The notes below the pieces were generated by a model. That model searched no databases and was not told the origin of the DNA. It saw only the letters and a program-made list of their open reading frames with translations. Source: Squalus acanthias (Eukaryota). Taken from it: DNA of 64,000 nt. Positions 38,786-52,430 of this stretch are shown piece after piece. Position 1 is the stretch's first letter; every line of letters begins with the position of its first letter. The stretch lies in the NCBI GenBank assembly GCA_030390025.1, contig CM059432.1, positions 19,594,001-19,658,000 on the forward strand, written 5' to 3'. A program made the position numbers and the translations under genes.

Positions 38786-41202
38786 GTGATTTGGCTCCTG
38801 ATTGCCTTTTTAAATGAAGCAAATCTTTAGTATTTTGAATGAACAGAGTCCACTTTTTTAGTGGCATTCAATTTTCCAAATTCTCCAGATTGGAAATATG
38901 TAGGCTGCTCATTTGCTTTGACATTTTAACATGCAGGCACCAGACTGGCTGCCTCCCTCCCTCCCTACAATCCCTCCAACTCTCCGTGTAGTTTCAACAG
39001 GACCTGCCCCATGTACTCCTCTTCATATGTCTTGAAGAAGCAAGAAAAAAATATGGACATGTATCAACCAATTGTACACTGCGCATCAGACACAGGCACT
39101 CTCCCAATGAGAGGCATGAGTGCACAAGGGAGATGTAACTAATGCAGGATCAAACCTGACATTGCACAGGCACTTTTCTAAAGCCACCAAGTATCTTTCT
39201 TTGATTCTAGTAACCAGTGTTGGAAACTTAGGACTTATTTAAAAAAAAAGATACAATGGCAGAAAACATGTGTATTGTTTGAAAACTGCAATGGACCCTC
39301 AATATGCAAAGTAGTTAAACACCACCTTTAAGTGCCGCAATCTCCTCTCTCCTTTTCAAATTAAATGCGAATAAAGGACCTGTGTAATTTTCAATGATGA
39401 TCTTTAACAAATTGTATGGAGAACAAGAGCTCGTAAAGGAATCCATTTTGTTGGTAAATACTCCGTTTTATACTAAGCCCTAGCATTAAAAGCCTGAAGA
39501 ACTTTGCAGTCTTTACTGAGGTCACAAGCAGTCTGATCTTGAGGTCAAATTACACAATGATTACATATAAACCTAGACTTTATCACTGTTTTTGCATGCC
39601 TCGAGACTAATGTATTTGTAATTGTTCTCATGAGAATGCCTTCTATACCTTGTTAGCCTTCCAGAGCAACCTTGCGAACCATAAACACCAGTAGTTCTAG
39701 CCTTCGAGACCACAGACATTAGAAAGTCCTGGGCGATAGATGTTTGGTGAGCCTGGAAGTTGATAAAGATTGGTATGAGCTGGTACATTGTGTGTATAGG
39801 TTATGGAATGTACAGTATACAGATTAATGGTTAGAAAAGGGTATAAAAAGAGCATGATCATAGTCAGAAGATAGATGAAGAACAAAAAGATGAGGCAGAA
39901 GGAAGAGATCTAGAAAGTTGGGCTCAATGACCAGAACATGTATCTTCTGCAGCAAAGCATCACTACATGCTGACTGCGAGTATTTCCTTTAACCTTTAAT
40001 AAATTGTACATGTTTGACTCCTCCATCTAGAACCCTCATTTCTGGTACATAGACAATGACTGCAGCCTCAGTCTATCATTACAAAATTCATACTGCTGGC
40101 ATAAAAGATACTACCCTGTTTTTTTTGTGGATGAAACTCTGATGTGGCTCGACACGGATTTATTTTGGCTGAGAGGTCTTCCCTCAGATAAGATACAGAA
40201 TGCAAGGTGAACTTCAGGACAAACAACTGCAAACTGCAGCCTCCAAGCACAGACATCGAATCTTATTAGCCGATAATGTCAACTCTTTAGTTTAACTAAA
40301 CTTAATCTAGTTGATAATTGTACATTGTTTAAAATCAATATTCTAGCCCAATTACATGATTAGACGTTTATGTTGCACAATCAAATCTCAAAATGTCGAT
40401 GAATTCGTCTGGGGGCTAATTTGCTGAATTCATGCAGCTGTCGGAGAATCTTGGCCAGCAGCCAAAACGTATCGGAAAAATCACAAGCAACAGGCTTGCA
40501 ATCTTCCAATATGTGTCACCATCATGTATTCAGAAAATCACACCCAGTGCATTAGCAAAGTAATAAAAGCCCAACACTGAATAATCCCTCTAATCCAAGT
40601 TTGCAATTAGTTTACTGAGTACAAGGCTATTTCCTTTGTGTTACAAAATCGAAAACCTGTTTAACAAAAGAACAGGTTATGACTTAGTGGCATACAGTAT
40701 ACGCAGGAAAACTTCCCCTTACATTTGATGATGTCTCAAAAGGATTACTAAATCACTCCTTGCTGATTAAATAATTAAGCCTGCCTCTGCCATCACATCA
40801 CACAAAAGAGTGTTAAAACACCAAAACTCGTGGACAGAAAATTTGTTGGCATGAGGTGACTTATTGTGAACCGGTTCAATGAGGCAACATGCAATTTATT
40901 CCAGATCTGAAAGTAACTGTTCACTGGGTTATGGGTAAGAAGAAGGAAGTCAATAGGTTGTAGGACAGTTTCGATAAGTCGGGTGAATGGGCCGATGCAT
41001 GGCTGATTTTATTTAATGTGTACAAACGTAGTGTCATGCACTTGGAGTTGAATAACTCTGCACATGTTTGGATCACTAAGGGATGCTTGTTTTCTTTTTA
41101 TTCGTTCCTGGGATGTGGGTGTCACAAGGCCAACATTTATTGCTCATCCCTAATTGCCCTTGAGAGACAACTAAGTGGCTTGCTAGGCAATTTCAGAGGG
41201 CA

Positions 41203-42090
41203 AAAGCAAAATACTGCAGATGCTGGAAATCTGAAATAAAAAACAGAAAATGCTGGAAACACTCAGCAGGTCAGGCAGCATCTGTGGAGAGAGAAACAGA
41301 GTTAATGGGCAGAATTTTCATTGACCCATGGAGGTGGGTTTGGAGGCATGTGGGGGGTTAAAATTGCGAAAACTGGCGGGCGGGCACAAGCCCGCCTCCA
41401 TCACGCCTCCACGCAATTTTCATTAAATCGTGTCTGCTGGTCCCGACTCCGTCCCGCCTCTAAGAGGCGGGATAGGCTGTTAAGGCCCTTAACAAGCACT
41501 AAATTGCCTCTATAATGCCATTTTGAAAGGCCTTTGTGATTTTAACCCTTTTTCTACGTGAAGCACGTCTGTTCTGAACCACGAATGTGAAACCTGGCGG
41601 GAGCACATTTCAATAGCTGACTATCAGCTGCAGGTCCACTATTACAACGGAGATGTGATGATGTAGTAGTAGTAGTAGTAGGAGGAGGAGGAAAAAAATA
41701 TATATCTGGGAGTGGTGGTGGTGGTACAAAAATATCTGGGAGCAGACTTAGGGCTGCTGCTGCTCATTTTGCCTCCAGGTCCTTTCACAGCAAAGGCCAG
41801 GCAGTCTTTGCAGACCTTCAATACAGCAGCAATGATGACATCATCAGAGGCGACTTTCAGACTGAAAACACTAATTGGGTCATGGGTTCCCACATGCTGC
41901 AACTCAATTGCCCAATTAGATGAAAATCGCATCAATCTCCCACATCCAATTGCAGTCGGGTGGATAACACGAAAAGTGGATAACATGACCCCAACCCGAC
42001 CCAGTATCAAAATCCAGCCCAATGTTTCAGGTCGATGGCCCTCCGTCAGAACTCTGCTGAGTATTTCCAGCATTTTCTGTTTTTATTTCA
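41203..42090 (-). mobile_element. Penelope pseudo-LTR-like remnant with inverted end
   Basis: 14-bp TSD aatttcagagggca (41189-41202, 42091-42104); cagaaaatgctggaaacactcagcag inverted at 42054-42080. Confidence 0.7.
41307..42020. mobile_element. Harbinger MITE related to the 15227-18494 element
   Basis: TIRs gggcagaatttt / aaaatccagccc; TSD AAT; both subterminal regions resemble the 15227 element. Confidence 0.88.
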
Positions 42091-43094
42091 AATTTCAGAG
42101 GGCAGTTCAAGAGTCAATCACATTGCTGTGGATCTGGAGTCACATTTAGGCCAGACCAGGTAAGGACATTAATGAACCAGATGGGTTTTTACGACAACCC
42201 AGTAGTTTCATGGTCACCATTACTGATACTAGCTTTTTATTCCAGATTTATTTAATTAACTGAATTTAAATTCCCCAGCTGCCAGTGATGGGATTATGAA
42301 CTCACGTCTCCGGATCATTAGGCCAGACCTCTGGATTACTAGTCCAGTAACATAACCACTATGCTACCATTAAAGCCAATGGATCAAGAAAGAGACCTGG
42401 GTAATAGTCAATCACTCATTGAAAGTGCACAGATAGTGTGAGGTGACTACAGGGAAAGCAAATAGGAGTTTTAGGCTGTGTTGCTAGGTCCATCAAATAG
42501 AAAATGAAGGACACTATAGGTTAAATAAGGCTCTGGTACAGTTGCACTCTGTCCAGTTTTGATTTCTGCATATAGTTAAGGATTTTTAAAGACTTGGGGT
42601 TATTTACTTTGGAGAAGTGCAGGCTTCGAAGGGAATCATAGATGTTTTCAAAGTGATGAAGGGTTTGGATACATTCCTGTTACATAAATTATTTGACATG
42701 TGTAGGGATTATACTTATAAAATCTGTAGGTAAAGTATTAGGATAGCTATCAGCAACAAATTCCTTTCACAAAGTGCCAGCGCCCTTTATAATAAATTGC
42801 CAGGACATGTGGTGAGTGTGGAATCGCTCAGTGCTTTAAAAGGAAACTTGACAAGTGCCTAACAGAAGAGGTTGTTTCCAGTTAGAGAGAGTAAATTATT
42901 AGTTAGTTGTAGTTGTGATGAGTCACTGGCAACTGTGGCCTCCTGGAGTCTGAGAGGAATTTGGAGTTTTTTTTTGAAGTAGCCACAGGTTCTTTGCCTC
43001 TCCCAGAATTGGGGGAGTGCGGATGAACAGCGTGCGAGGTCGGAGCATTGAATGGCCAGGCCACCTTTGTTATCGTATGGTTATAAGATCCTAA

Positions 43095-43987
43095 GGGGGA
43101 AAAATTAGGTCGCGCCCCATTTGGGGTGCAAATATCGTCTGGACGCAAATATTAGCGCCTGGCGCTAATTATCGCCACTGACTGGAAACTTCACTTTTAC
43201 CGCCCCGGGAGGTGAGTGGAGCGCTAAATCAGGCGCTGCACACCTGTCTTAAGGCGCAAAGGCCAAGGAGTGAGGCGCTAACTCAGAGCGCTGGCGAAGC
43301 TCATGTAATGTCAGTCAGCAATGGAACACACACACAATGGCACGGGCCAGTTCTTAAAGGGGATTGTTAATCTTGCTTTCCATCCACATCCTGTTCATTG
43401 CAGCCTTGAATCTCGGCCTGGAGAGACTTGCACATCAAATGTGCTGGAAAGAACAATGGAGAGTACCAGGCAAAGAGCTCAGAGTGCAGCTCCCACAGTC
43501 TCTGCTAAATCGATACAAGGAATGGCAAATCAAAATGAACCTGCAAAGTGCTGCTCAGTACCCAAAACTCCTTCACACAACGTTGAATCTCTCCAGAAGT
43601 CTCTCCCTCTCTCTCTCAGAATGCGTAGTTCAAAAATGCCACCAACAATAAAAGGCAGGAAGCGGTCACCTTTAAATAGCGCTCCCCCTTTCCCTTCATG
43701 ACTGCAGAACGCTCCCCTCAACCTGTCGTTGCTAGCGTCAAGCGGTAAGGCAGGGGGCGCCACTCAATTTCCGCTCCGGGGCGCCACAAGGGCGTTGCAC
43801 CATGGAATGACGTCACAATCTGTGCGCGCAGGTGGTCGCAGCGGTAAAGTTTAGCGCCGCCGCACAATATCTAGTTAAGTTCCCGAGCGGCGCAAACATC
43901 GCTGCACCCGGGCGTTAGCGGCTTTGCGCCCCATTAGCGCCCTCTTAAGGCGCTAACGGGAGGCGCAACCAACTGAATTTTTACCCC
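43095..43987. mobile_element. Non-autonomous Harbinger, family A copy 2
   Basis: TIRs gggggaaaaatt / aatttttacccc; TSD TAA. Confidence 0.9.
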
Positions 43988-45060
43988 TAAAGTGTTGTGA
44001 TTGGCAGTGAACTGTTAAACTGAGCTTGGTACCAATTAATAGTCTTTTGATTACTCCACATCTCAGTGCTCCTGCTGTTTGGAAATTGAGAGAACCACAG
44101 AAGATCGCATTAAAACATTAATTCATGTATAATCTAACGGTGTCAGTGAGGTCCAAGATACGTGTTTGCAAAATATGCAACAGCATGATTTGCTGCAGCA
44201 CTGGGCTTCATCTTGTGCCAATCATGGACACACAATGTTGATAGTCACAGTAATCACACATTTTTGTGTTCATTTCTGTCATCAGAAATTAAATTTGCAG
44301 TGTCAACTTGATCATGGGATGAGCTTTCACCAGAGTTATCCCCGCGGTTTAATCACAACTTTTTATTCAAATGTTCAAAGCCATTAAAAACTGAAAAACA
44401 TCTTTCCTTTTTCTTGTGACCTTCACGTCGAATCATAGAATCATAGAATAGTTACAGCACAGAAGGAGGCCATTTGGCCCGTCGAGCCCGTGCCAGCACT
44501 CTGCAAGAGCACTTCAGCTAGTCCCACTCGTCCGCCCTTTCTCCGTAGCCCTGCAAATTTTTTTCCTTCAGGTATTTATCCAATTCCCTTTTGAAAGCCA
44601 TGATTGAGTCTGCCTCCACCACCCTTTCAGGCAGTGCATTCCAGATCCTAACCACTCGCTGCGTAAATTTTTTTTTCGTCAGGTTGCCTTTGGTTCTTTT
44701 GCCAATCACCTTAAATCTGTATCCTCTGGTTCTCGACCATTCCGCCGATGGGAACAGTTTCTCTCTATCTACTCTGTCTAGACCCCTCATGATTTTGAAT
44801 ACCTCTCTATCAAATCTTCTCTCAATCTTCTCTGTTCTAAGGAGAACAACCCCAGCTTCTCCAGTCTATCCACGTAACTGAAGTACCTCATTCCTGGAAT
44901 CATTCTCGTAAATCTTTTCTACACCCTCCCTAAGGCCTTCACATCCTTCTAAAGTGTGGTGCCCAGAATTGGACACAGTACTCCAGTTGAGGCCGAACCA
45001 GTGTTTTATAAAGGTTCATCATAACTTCCTTGCTTTGGTACTCTATGCCTCTATTTATGA

Positions 45061-45294
45061 TGTGGTACCTTTTGATGTGGTACCTTCCTGGCTGACTTAA
45101 TTAACTTTATCACACCTCGGCAGATAGTCAGGATGATTTAATTTATTGGTCTGCAATTGTAAAGTACACATGCTTTTTTTTCCATCTCTGGCGATTCTGT
45201 ATCCAATTTACTTCACCTGAGGAAGGAGCGATAGCTCCGAAAGCTTGTGATTTCAAATAAAACTGTTGGACTATAACCTGGTGTTGTGCGACCT
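45061..45294 (+). mobile_element. Short Penelope 3' (pseudo-LTR) insertion in CR1
   Basis: 12-bp TSD ctctatttatga (45049-45060, 45295-45306); last ~80 nt match 26285-26368. Confidence 0.85.
45211..45255 (+). ncRNA. Minimal hammerhead ribozyme motif (second copy)
   Basis: CTGAGGA, stem II ggagc-gata-gctcc, GAAA, AAGCTT palindrome. Confidence 0.65.
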
Positions 45295-47559
45295 CTCTAT
45301 TTATGAAGCCCAATATCCCTTATGCTTTTTTAACCACTTTCTCAACCTGCCCTGCCACCTTGAACAATTTGTGCACACATACCCCCAGGTCTCTCTGTTC
45401 ATGCACCCCCTTCAGGATTGTACCCTTTAGTTTATATTTCCTCTCTTCATTCTTTCTACCAAAATGTATCACTTTGCACTTTTCTGCATTAAATTTTATC
45501 TCAGTGCTCCGCTCATTTCACCAGCCTGTCTATGTCTTCCTGAAGTCTAATACTCTCCTCCTCACTGCTCACTATATTTCCAAGTTTTGTTTCATCTGCA
45601 GATTTTGAAATTGTGCCCTGTACACCCACGTCCAAGTCATTAATATATATCAAGAAAAGCAGTGGTCCTCGTACCGACCCCTGGGGAACCCCACCGTATA
45701 CCTTCCTCCGGTCCGAAAAACAGCCTTTCACCTCTACTCTCTGTTTCCTGTCACTTAGCCAATTTCGTATCTATGCTGCCACTGTCCCTTTTATTTCATG
45801 GGCTTCAACTTTGCTGGTAAGCCTATTATGTGGTACTTTATCAAACACCTTTTGGCATTTGATAAAGTCTCAGTGGTTTACAAGTTGAGTGCAGGGAGAA
45901 GAACACTGAGACAGAGATGGGAAAGGATTCCAGGTGGGGGAATTAAAAGCACAGTCAATTGATATTTTTAAGAGGCCTTTGAAGGAAAGGAGAGAGGTGG
46001 CATGGCGAAGTAGATTTGAGAGAGGGTTCTAAAGACAAGCACATGGTGGCTGAAAGATTAACTACTGAAGGTGGAGCAGAGAATGAGTAACGAGTCACAA
46101 TCCGAGGTGCAGGGCTGGAGTGTGCGATAAACTTAACCTAGCTTGCTAGAGCAGTGCTGACTGTTGCAGTGTGTGAACTGAGGTAATTATATGAACTTCA
46201 AAAGACATTAAAACATTTTGACGATAGGGTTGCCATCTTTTGCCAAGTCTAAAAGCAGAGAGGAGGCAGGGTTGTGGTTGAGCAGTAGGTGGGATTATGG
46301 TTGGTTGCTCCGCTGATAATAAAACAATATTGAAAAACAGTAACCAACATTATAGGATAGAGGAAAGATAGGGCTTGCTTGTCCAGTTCGCATCTTATGA
46401 ATATGCAGACACCTCACTCAAAAATACCAGCTCCTGACAAAGGCGCATCTCCCGACTGCACTGCTCCAGACAAGGCACTGAAGGAAGGCAGTGAGGAGGT
46501 CTGGCTGCAACAATGGGAGTTGGGACATTAAATAACTGGAGCAGGTGATCTGGTATCCTTCTGGATGGATTATGAAATTCGTAAGGTTTTCAAAAACTGG
46601 ATTGTCTGATTCAAAATGGGACAGGTGGCAGTCCTATCTGAAATTGGACCGTAGCCAGCAAGCATTTTCAACATGCGGGATTACTTTTCCGAAGATTCCG
46701 CTGCCTTTTAGTATATTCCATCACACCCATGCACTCTGGTGCAAAGGTTAAATAGATGCATGTGCTATTTCTTAAGAATTTGTGCAGACACGTTGAAGAA
46801 TTAGCAAGGGAGGTGTTAACGTGCCAAAATACCAATTTAGTGTTTGAAGATAGTTTCTCCCAGTATTCATTGAATGTCAGAACTTCTTTCCACTTTGTTG
46901 TGTCCCCTGTGCCTCTGAAGTGCAATAAAGCAGTCCATATTGGATTTAGCTGATAATGATTCATGTCCATTGGGCTGTTTTACTTCCACTTATCTTGTTT
47001 TTATGATGATGACTTAAATGTGGTCCATCTGCAAAATAAAAAAAAGACAAAGCACTTTACTGACAAATATTTTGCCATTTTAAACGAACACAAGATATGG
47101 ATAATAGATAAATGATAAGATAGTCTCAGAGTTCATACATGTTCAGGCCAGTTTTATGAACTCCTGCCTCTGGCTGGAAGCTATACCTGCCGGACACGTT
47201 TATCGGGAAATTACAGACACGCTCCCCGTGATTGTTTCTGTCCATTAAAATTAATGGAGAGAAATATGGCTATTCTGCTCCCAGCGGGTGAGGCTTCCCA
47301 CCAGCAACAAGAATTCATAAAATCAGCTCTAAAAAGATAACAAGAAAAATTAAAGGCTGAAAATCCGATATAAAAAGCAGTAAATGCTGAATATACATGG
47401 CAGGTCAGTCAGCACCTGAAAGAGAACTGCAGGTTAAGATTTCAGGAAAGGCCCTGTGTCACAACCTGATTGGTTACAATCTCAATCCTGTCCGGTTGTC
47501 GAAACTTCTGATTGGCATATCTGAATTCTAAAATGTTCCAGAGACTATTGCAGGAGGCA

Positions 47560-47750
47560 GAGTTCCAGGAGTTGGGGGGATGAATTATCTGCTCGTTACC
47601 ACATCGCTGTTTGCGGGAGCTTGCTGTGCGCAAATTGGCTGCCGCGTATCCTGCATTGCAACAGTGACTACTTCAAAAAAGTAATTCATTGGCTGTAAAG
47701 CACTTTGGCACACCCTGAGGTCGTGAAAGGTGCAATATGAATTCTTTCTG
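47560..47750 (+). mobile_element. Deu-SINE 3' fragment
   Basis: gggagcttgctgtgcgcaaattggctgccgcg...ggctgtaaagcactttgg. Confidence 0.7.
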
Positions 47751-47811
47751 ATTTTTAATTGAATTCGGATTTTTTTTCATACTTTTCCATCAGATGGATT
47801 AACACATTAAT

Positions 47812-49627
47812 GGGGCAGAAATTCGGGTCTCTACGGGTGAGTACGTGCTGTGTACTCACCCGTAGGCCCAACGAAAGTGCCGATTTCTTGCATGCACTGT
47901 GCGGGAAACCAGGACTTCCGTTCCCCTGAAGGAAGGGGTTCAGAGGTCGAAAATTTGCAGATGATACAAAGATGGGAGGGAAAGTAGTGAGTGAGGAGGA
48001 CATAAAAAACCTGCAAGGGGACATAGACAGGCTAAGTAAGTGGGCAGAGATTTGGCAGATGGAATACAACACTGGAAAGTGTGAGGTGATGCACTTTGGC
48101 AGGAAAAATCCTAGAGCAATTTATTATCTTAATGGCAAGAAACTGGAGAGTACTGAAGTGCAAAGGGATCTGGGGGTCCTGGTGCACGAAACTCAAAAGG
48201 TTAGTATGCAGGTGCAGCAAGTGATTAAGAAGGCAAATGGAATGTTGGCTTTCATTGCTAGGGGGATAGAATATAAAAATAGGGAGGTATTGCTTCAGTT
48301 GTACAAGGTATTGGTGAGACCGCACCTGGAATACTGCATACAGTTTTGGTGTCCTTACTTAAGGAAAGACATCCTTGCTCTCGAGGCAGTGCAAAAAAGG
48401 TTCATTCGGTTAATCCCGGGGATGAGGGGGTGGTCATATGAGGAGAGGTTGGGTAGATTGGGACTCTACTCATTGGAGTTCAGAAGAATGAGAGGCGATC
48501 TTATTGAAACATATAAGATTGTGAAGGGGTTGGATCGGGTGGATGCGGGGAGGATGTTCCCGATGACGGGTGAGACTAGAACTAGGGGACATAGTCTTAG
48601 AATAAGGGGCTGCTCTTTCAAAACTGAGATGAGGAGGAACTACTTCACTCAGAGGGTGGTAGGTCCATGGAATATGCTGCCACAAAAAGCTGTAGAAGCT
48701 ACAACATTAATTAAATTTAAAACAGAAATAGACAGTTTCCTAGAAGTAAAGGGCATTAAGGGTTACGGGGAGCGGGCAGGAATTTGGACATGAGTCTAGG
48801 TTCGGATCGGTCATGGCCCTGTGGGTAGTGGAGCGGGCCCAGGGACTGTGTAGCCTGATTCTGCTCCTATTTCGTGTGTGCAATTCTGTTAGATGCAGGA
48901 GATGGTTCTGTGATAGATAGTAGATTGGCGGTTAGGATCAGATCAGCCATGATCTTATTGAATGGCGGAGCAGGCTCGAGGGGCCGATTGGCCTACTCCT
49001 GCTCCTATTTCTTATGTTCTTATGTTCTTATGAACGCGCACGCCGGAGGGCCAGCGCGTTCGCCTCGCACTTCGGGTTTTTTTTACAGGTTCCTCCGTGA
49101 GGGTAAGCACGGAGAAGATGCACATTGAAAAAGGAGGCGCAAGGCCTTCTTTTAACAAGGTAAGTGTTGATTTTATTCAAATTTAAACATTTTTTTCAGA
49201 GATTTATCTTTTTTAATTACTTTAAAGAAAGGTAAGTTTAGTTTTAGCCCCGTTAAAAAGTGTAATTAATTTTTTCAAAAATTAAAATTTTTGTTTAAAA
49301 TAGTTAATTAATGTGATTTTTAAAAAAATTATTTGTAGTTTTAGGGATGTTTTGGGGCCGATCTGTATTCATAGATTTGACAGGTCTCCTGTCAAATCTA
49401 TGAATGAAAGATGGTCTGCTGCCATTGGCTCTCCATGGCCCACGTGATCCCAGGGGACGCATCGCACTAACTACGCCCCTGGGATACGCAAGCACTGCGC
49501 GCCGGCAGTTGGAGGAGGCCCAGGACCGGAATCCCCCGCGGGCCCAGGGGTCAACGGCAGGCACGGTAGGTAGGTGCGCGCGCGATCCTTGCACCCGCGG
49601 GAAGCCAGGGCGCCAAATTTCTGGCCC
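47812..49627. mobile_element. Harbinger MITE family B copy 2 (inverted), split by a CR1
   Basis: TIRs ggggcagaaatt / aatttctggccc; TSD AAT; homologous to 5427-6189. Confidence 0.88.
47951..49032 (+). mobile_element. 5'-truncated CR1 LINE
   Basis: ORF 47972-48793; (TTCTTATG)n tail. Confidence 0.95.
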
Positions 49628-49959
49628 AATATTGTATTTTGATGCAAAAAATCCAGATGTGTACAATTAAATGACAATAAATTTGTCATTTTATTGTACA
49701 TCTGATTGAGAAACGTGGGATTGGAGAAAAACAAATTAAGCACATTTCAGACTGAAGCTGAATGTACCTTTTGTGCATTAAGTTTTGAAAATTATGATAA
49801 TTGTAATATATGTGGGTAGAACAAATGAAGGACAGAGACAGGATGAGTTGCTAGTCCATGTGCTTGTTTTACTAGGCCAGGGCGAACTTTAGCATGCTCA
49901 TACCAAACCATGTGATAAACCATGTGACAATACATAACACTGCTTTCCCCTTAAAAAAT

Positions 49960-52430
49960 TCTCCTCTCAATATTGCTAGGCACAGTTTGTGATTGGTTAT
50001 CAGGGTAAACTTTCTGCCAATCAGGAACTGTTGGAATTTCTTGATTCCAAACACTATGGCGAGTGCTTCCTTTTCAATTTGTGCGTAGTTTGCGAACGCG
50101 ATTGGTTTCTCTTGGCCGTCATCCATTACGTGGCTTATGACAGCTTCCACACCATAGCTAGAAGCATCACACGCTAACTTAAGCTCACGCTCTGTGTCGT
50201 AGTGCACAAATACAGCATCGCTAGAGAGACTTCTCTTACAAGCATCGTAAGCTTCCTGTTGCGCTTTTGTCCACTTCCACTGGACATCCTTCTTGAGGAG
50301 CTCATGCAATGGTCGCTAACTAAGGTAAGAAACGTGTGTAGTACTGGACCATTCCAAGGAAAGAGCTTAACTCAGACACGTTCTGTGGCTTTGGAGCATT
50401 GATGACAGCATCAACCTTTTCCTTCACTGGTTGCAAGCCATTTGCATCAACTTTCAGACAAAGATACACAACCTCGGGTTGCACAAAAGCACATTTGCTC
50501 CTTTTCAATTTGACATTGTGGGAATTCAACCTTTGAAGCACTAAATCTAACACTTCTAGATTTTCTTCCTCGCTGCATGTTGCGATTAGCACATCGTCTT
50601 GATTGCATAAGCAGTTTGGAATTCCTTGCAAAATCTTATCCATCGTAGCCTGGAAGATTTTGAAGGAGGACATTACACCATACGGCAGCTTGGTGTATGA
50701 GTACAGTCCCTTTTGTGCGTTGATAGTAACATACTGTTGACTCTCTTTGTCAACATTCAGCTGAGCGTAAGCATGTGACAGGTCAAGCTTGGAGAAAACC
50801 TTTGACCCAGAGAGGGCTGCATACAAATCCTGCAATGTCGGTAACGGGTACTGCTCATCGTCGACTGTTTGGTTGATAGTAACTTTGTAGTCACCGCACA
50901 AGCGTACAGTTTTGTCTGCTTTGGGCACTACCACAATCGGGGCAGTCCATTCACTTTTGTCAGTTTTTACTAGCACTCCGTTCTCTCTGAGCTTCGCTAG
51001 CTCTTCCTCCACCTGACTTTTCAACGCATAGGGGACCAGCCTTGCCTTACAATAGACAGGCTTCGTGTTGGACTTGATGCGGATATATGTGTCATACCCA
51101 GTGATGTCCTCACAACTGTCTGAGAACATGCTTTCATACTTGTTCAGCATTGTGTCGAGTCACTTCTTTGAAGCATCTACACTAAAGATGTTTTTCCAGT
51201 CCAATTTTAACTTTCTCAACCAGTCTTTGCCCATGAGGGTTGGCCTGTTGTTGTAGCTCACTACAATAATAGGCAGCTTTACTGACTGGCCATTGTGTTG
51301 TTCTGTACATTCCATTTGTCCACATGTCTCCAGGATTTCTCCGAGTAGGTTTTTAACTCTACGGTACTCTTTGGAAGTGGTATTTGATTAAACTTACTCT
51401 CATGTGTGTCCTTACTCATGATGGAGCAGTACTCCGCTGTGTCAATACACATATCAATATATTGCTCGTTGACCAAAAGTTTTGTACGGAAGTCTTTCTC
51501 ACGACTGCTTGCGTTGCCGTTAGTGGCATAGATACTGTAGATGCCTAATTTTTCAACATCAGGTGTGTTCACTTCAATATTGTGAACTCCCTTTTGTTGT
51601 CGCTGCTTTGCATTGCCACTGGAATGGTTCTTACTTCCTGCTTTTGATCTAGCTCTGCAAGCTGTTGAAATATGGCCTTGCTTCTGGCAGTGAAAACACT
51701 TCGCATTTCTGTATTGGCAGGACTGTGGAGAGTGATTTCCACTGCAGCGATAACAATTCACTGAACTGCTTTTGACTTGGTCTCACAACTTTAGGTTTGG
51801 CAGTGGCTTTGTGACTGTAGACCTCAGCTGCACTAGTCACTTGAGTTGGACGGAGCTCTCTTGCTATCTTAGACGTCATCTCCATAGTTAGGGCAATTTT
51901 GCATGCTATGTCAAACATTAGGTTCGGAGTGCTCAGTAATTTGGACTGTGCGCGCTCATCCACCAGTCCACACACAAATTTGTCTCGCAACGCATGATCC
52001 AAAAATGTGCCGAAGTTACAATGTAAAGACAGGTTTTTAAGAGCTACAATGTACTCACTGATGGTTTCACTTTGTTTTTGGATTCTGGTACCAAACTTAT
52101 AGCTCTCTGCTATTTCTAACGGCTTTGGGTCAAAATGGTCCTCGAGTTTCTCGACAATGTCTTCAAAAGACACATCTTTCGCTTTCCCTGGCGCGAGTAG
52201 GTTTGTCAACGTTCCGTAAACATCTGGCCCGATCTCGGTTAGAAAAATTGCTTTCTTCTGTTCATGAATTACTTTATTTTGAGCTTGAACATTCTCATCT
52301 GCACCTTCAGTCTCAATAATGTTATTGGCCTTAAAAACATCTCCATCCGCTCAATGTAAGAACTGAATGGTTCCCAAACTTGGTCATACATGCCGAGGCT
52401 TCCAATGAATCCCATAGGCACAGCCATGAA
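49960..52430 (-). pseudogene. Gypsy gag-pol (gag, two CCHC-type knuckles, protease, RT, RNase H), frameshifted
   Basis: LEDHFDPKP..LRDKFVCGL; CYRCSGNH, CFHCQKQGHISTAC; CIDTAE protease site; VRLCGDYKVTIN..FSKLDLSHAY..LPYG..NQDD; LACDASSYG..YAQIEKEALAIVFGIKKF. Confidence 0.93.

Larger units (their letters stand above)
41090..42370 (-). mobile_element. tRNA SINE (same family as 32743-33180), interrupted
   Basis: Head at 42290-42370 (reverse complement ggtagcatagtggttatgttactggactag); tail at 41090-41200. Confidence 0.8.
40950..42870 (+). mobile_element. Old CR1 fragment hosting nested SINE, Penelope remnant and MITE
   Basis: gaatgggccgatgcatggctgat...gtcatgcacttgg continues at 42370 as gagacctggg...agcaaatagg. 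Confidence 0.65.
44431..45860 (-). mobile_element. 5'-truncated CR1 LINE
   Basis: (ATAGAATC)n tail; GVPQGSVRGPLLFLIYINDLD; FTQRVVRIWNALP. Confidence 0.93.
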
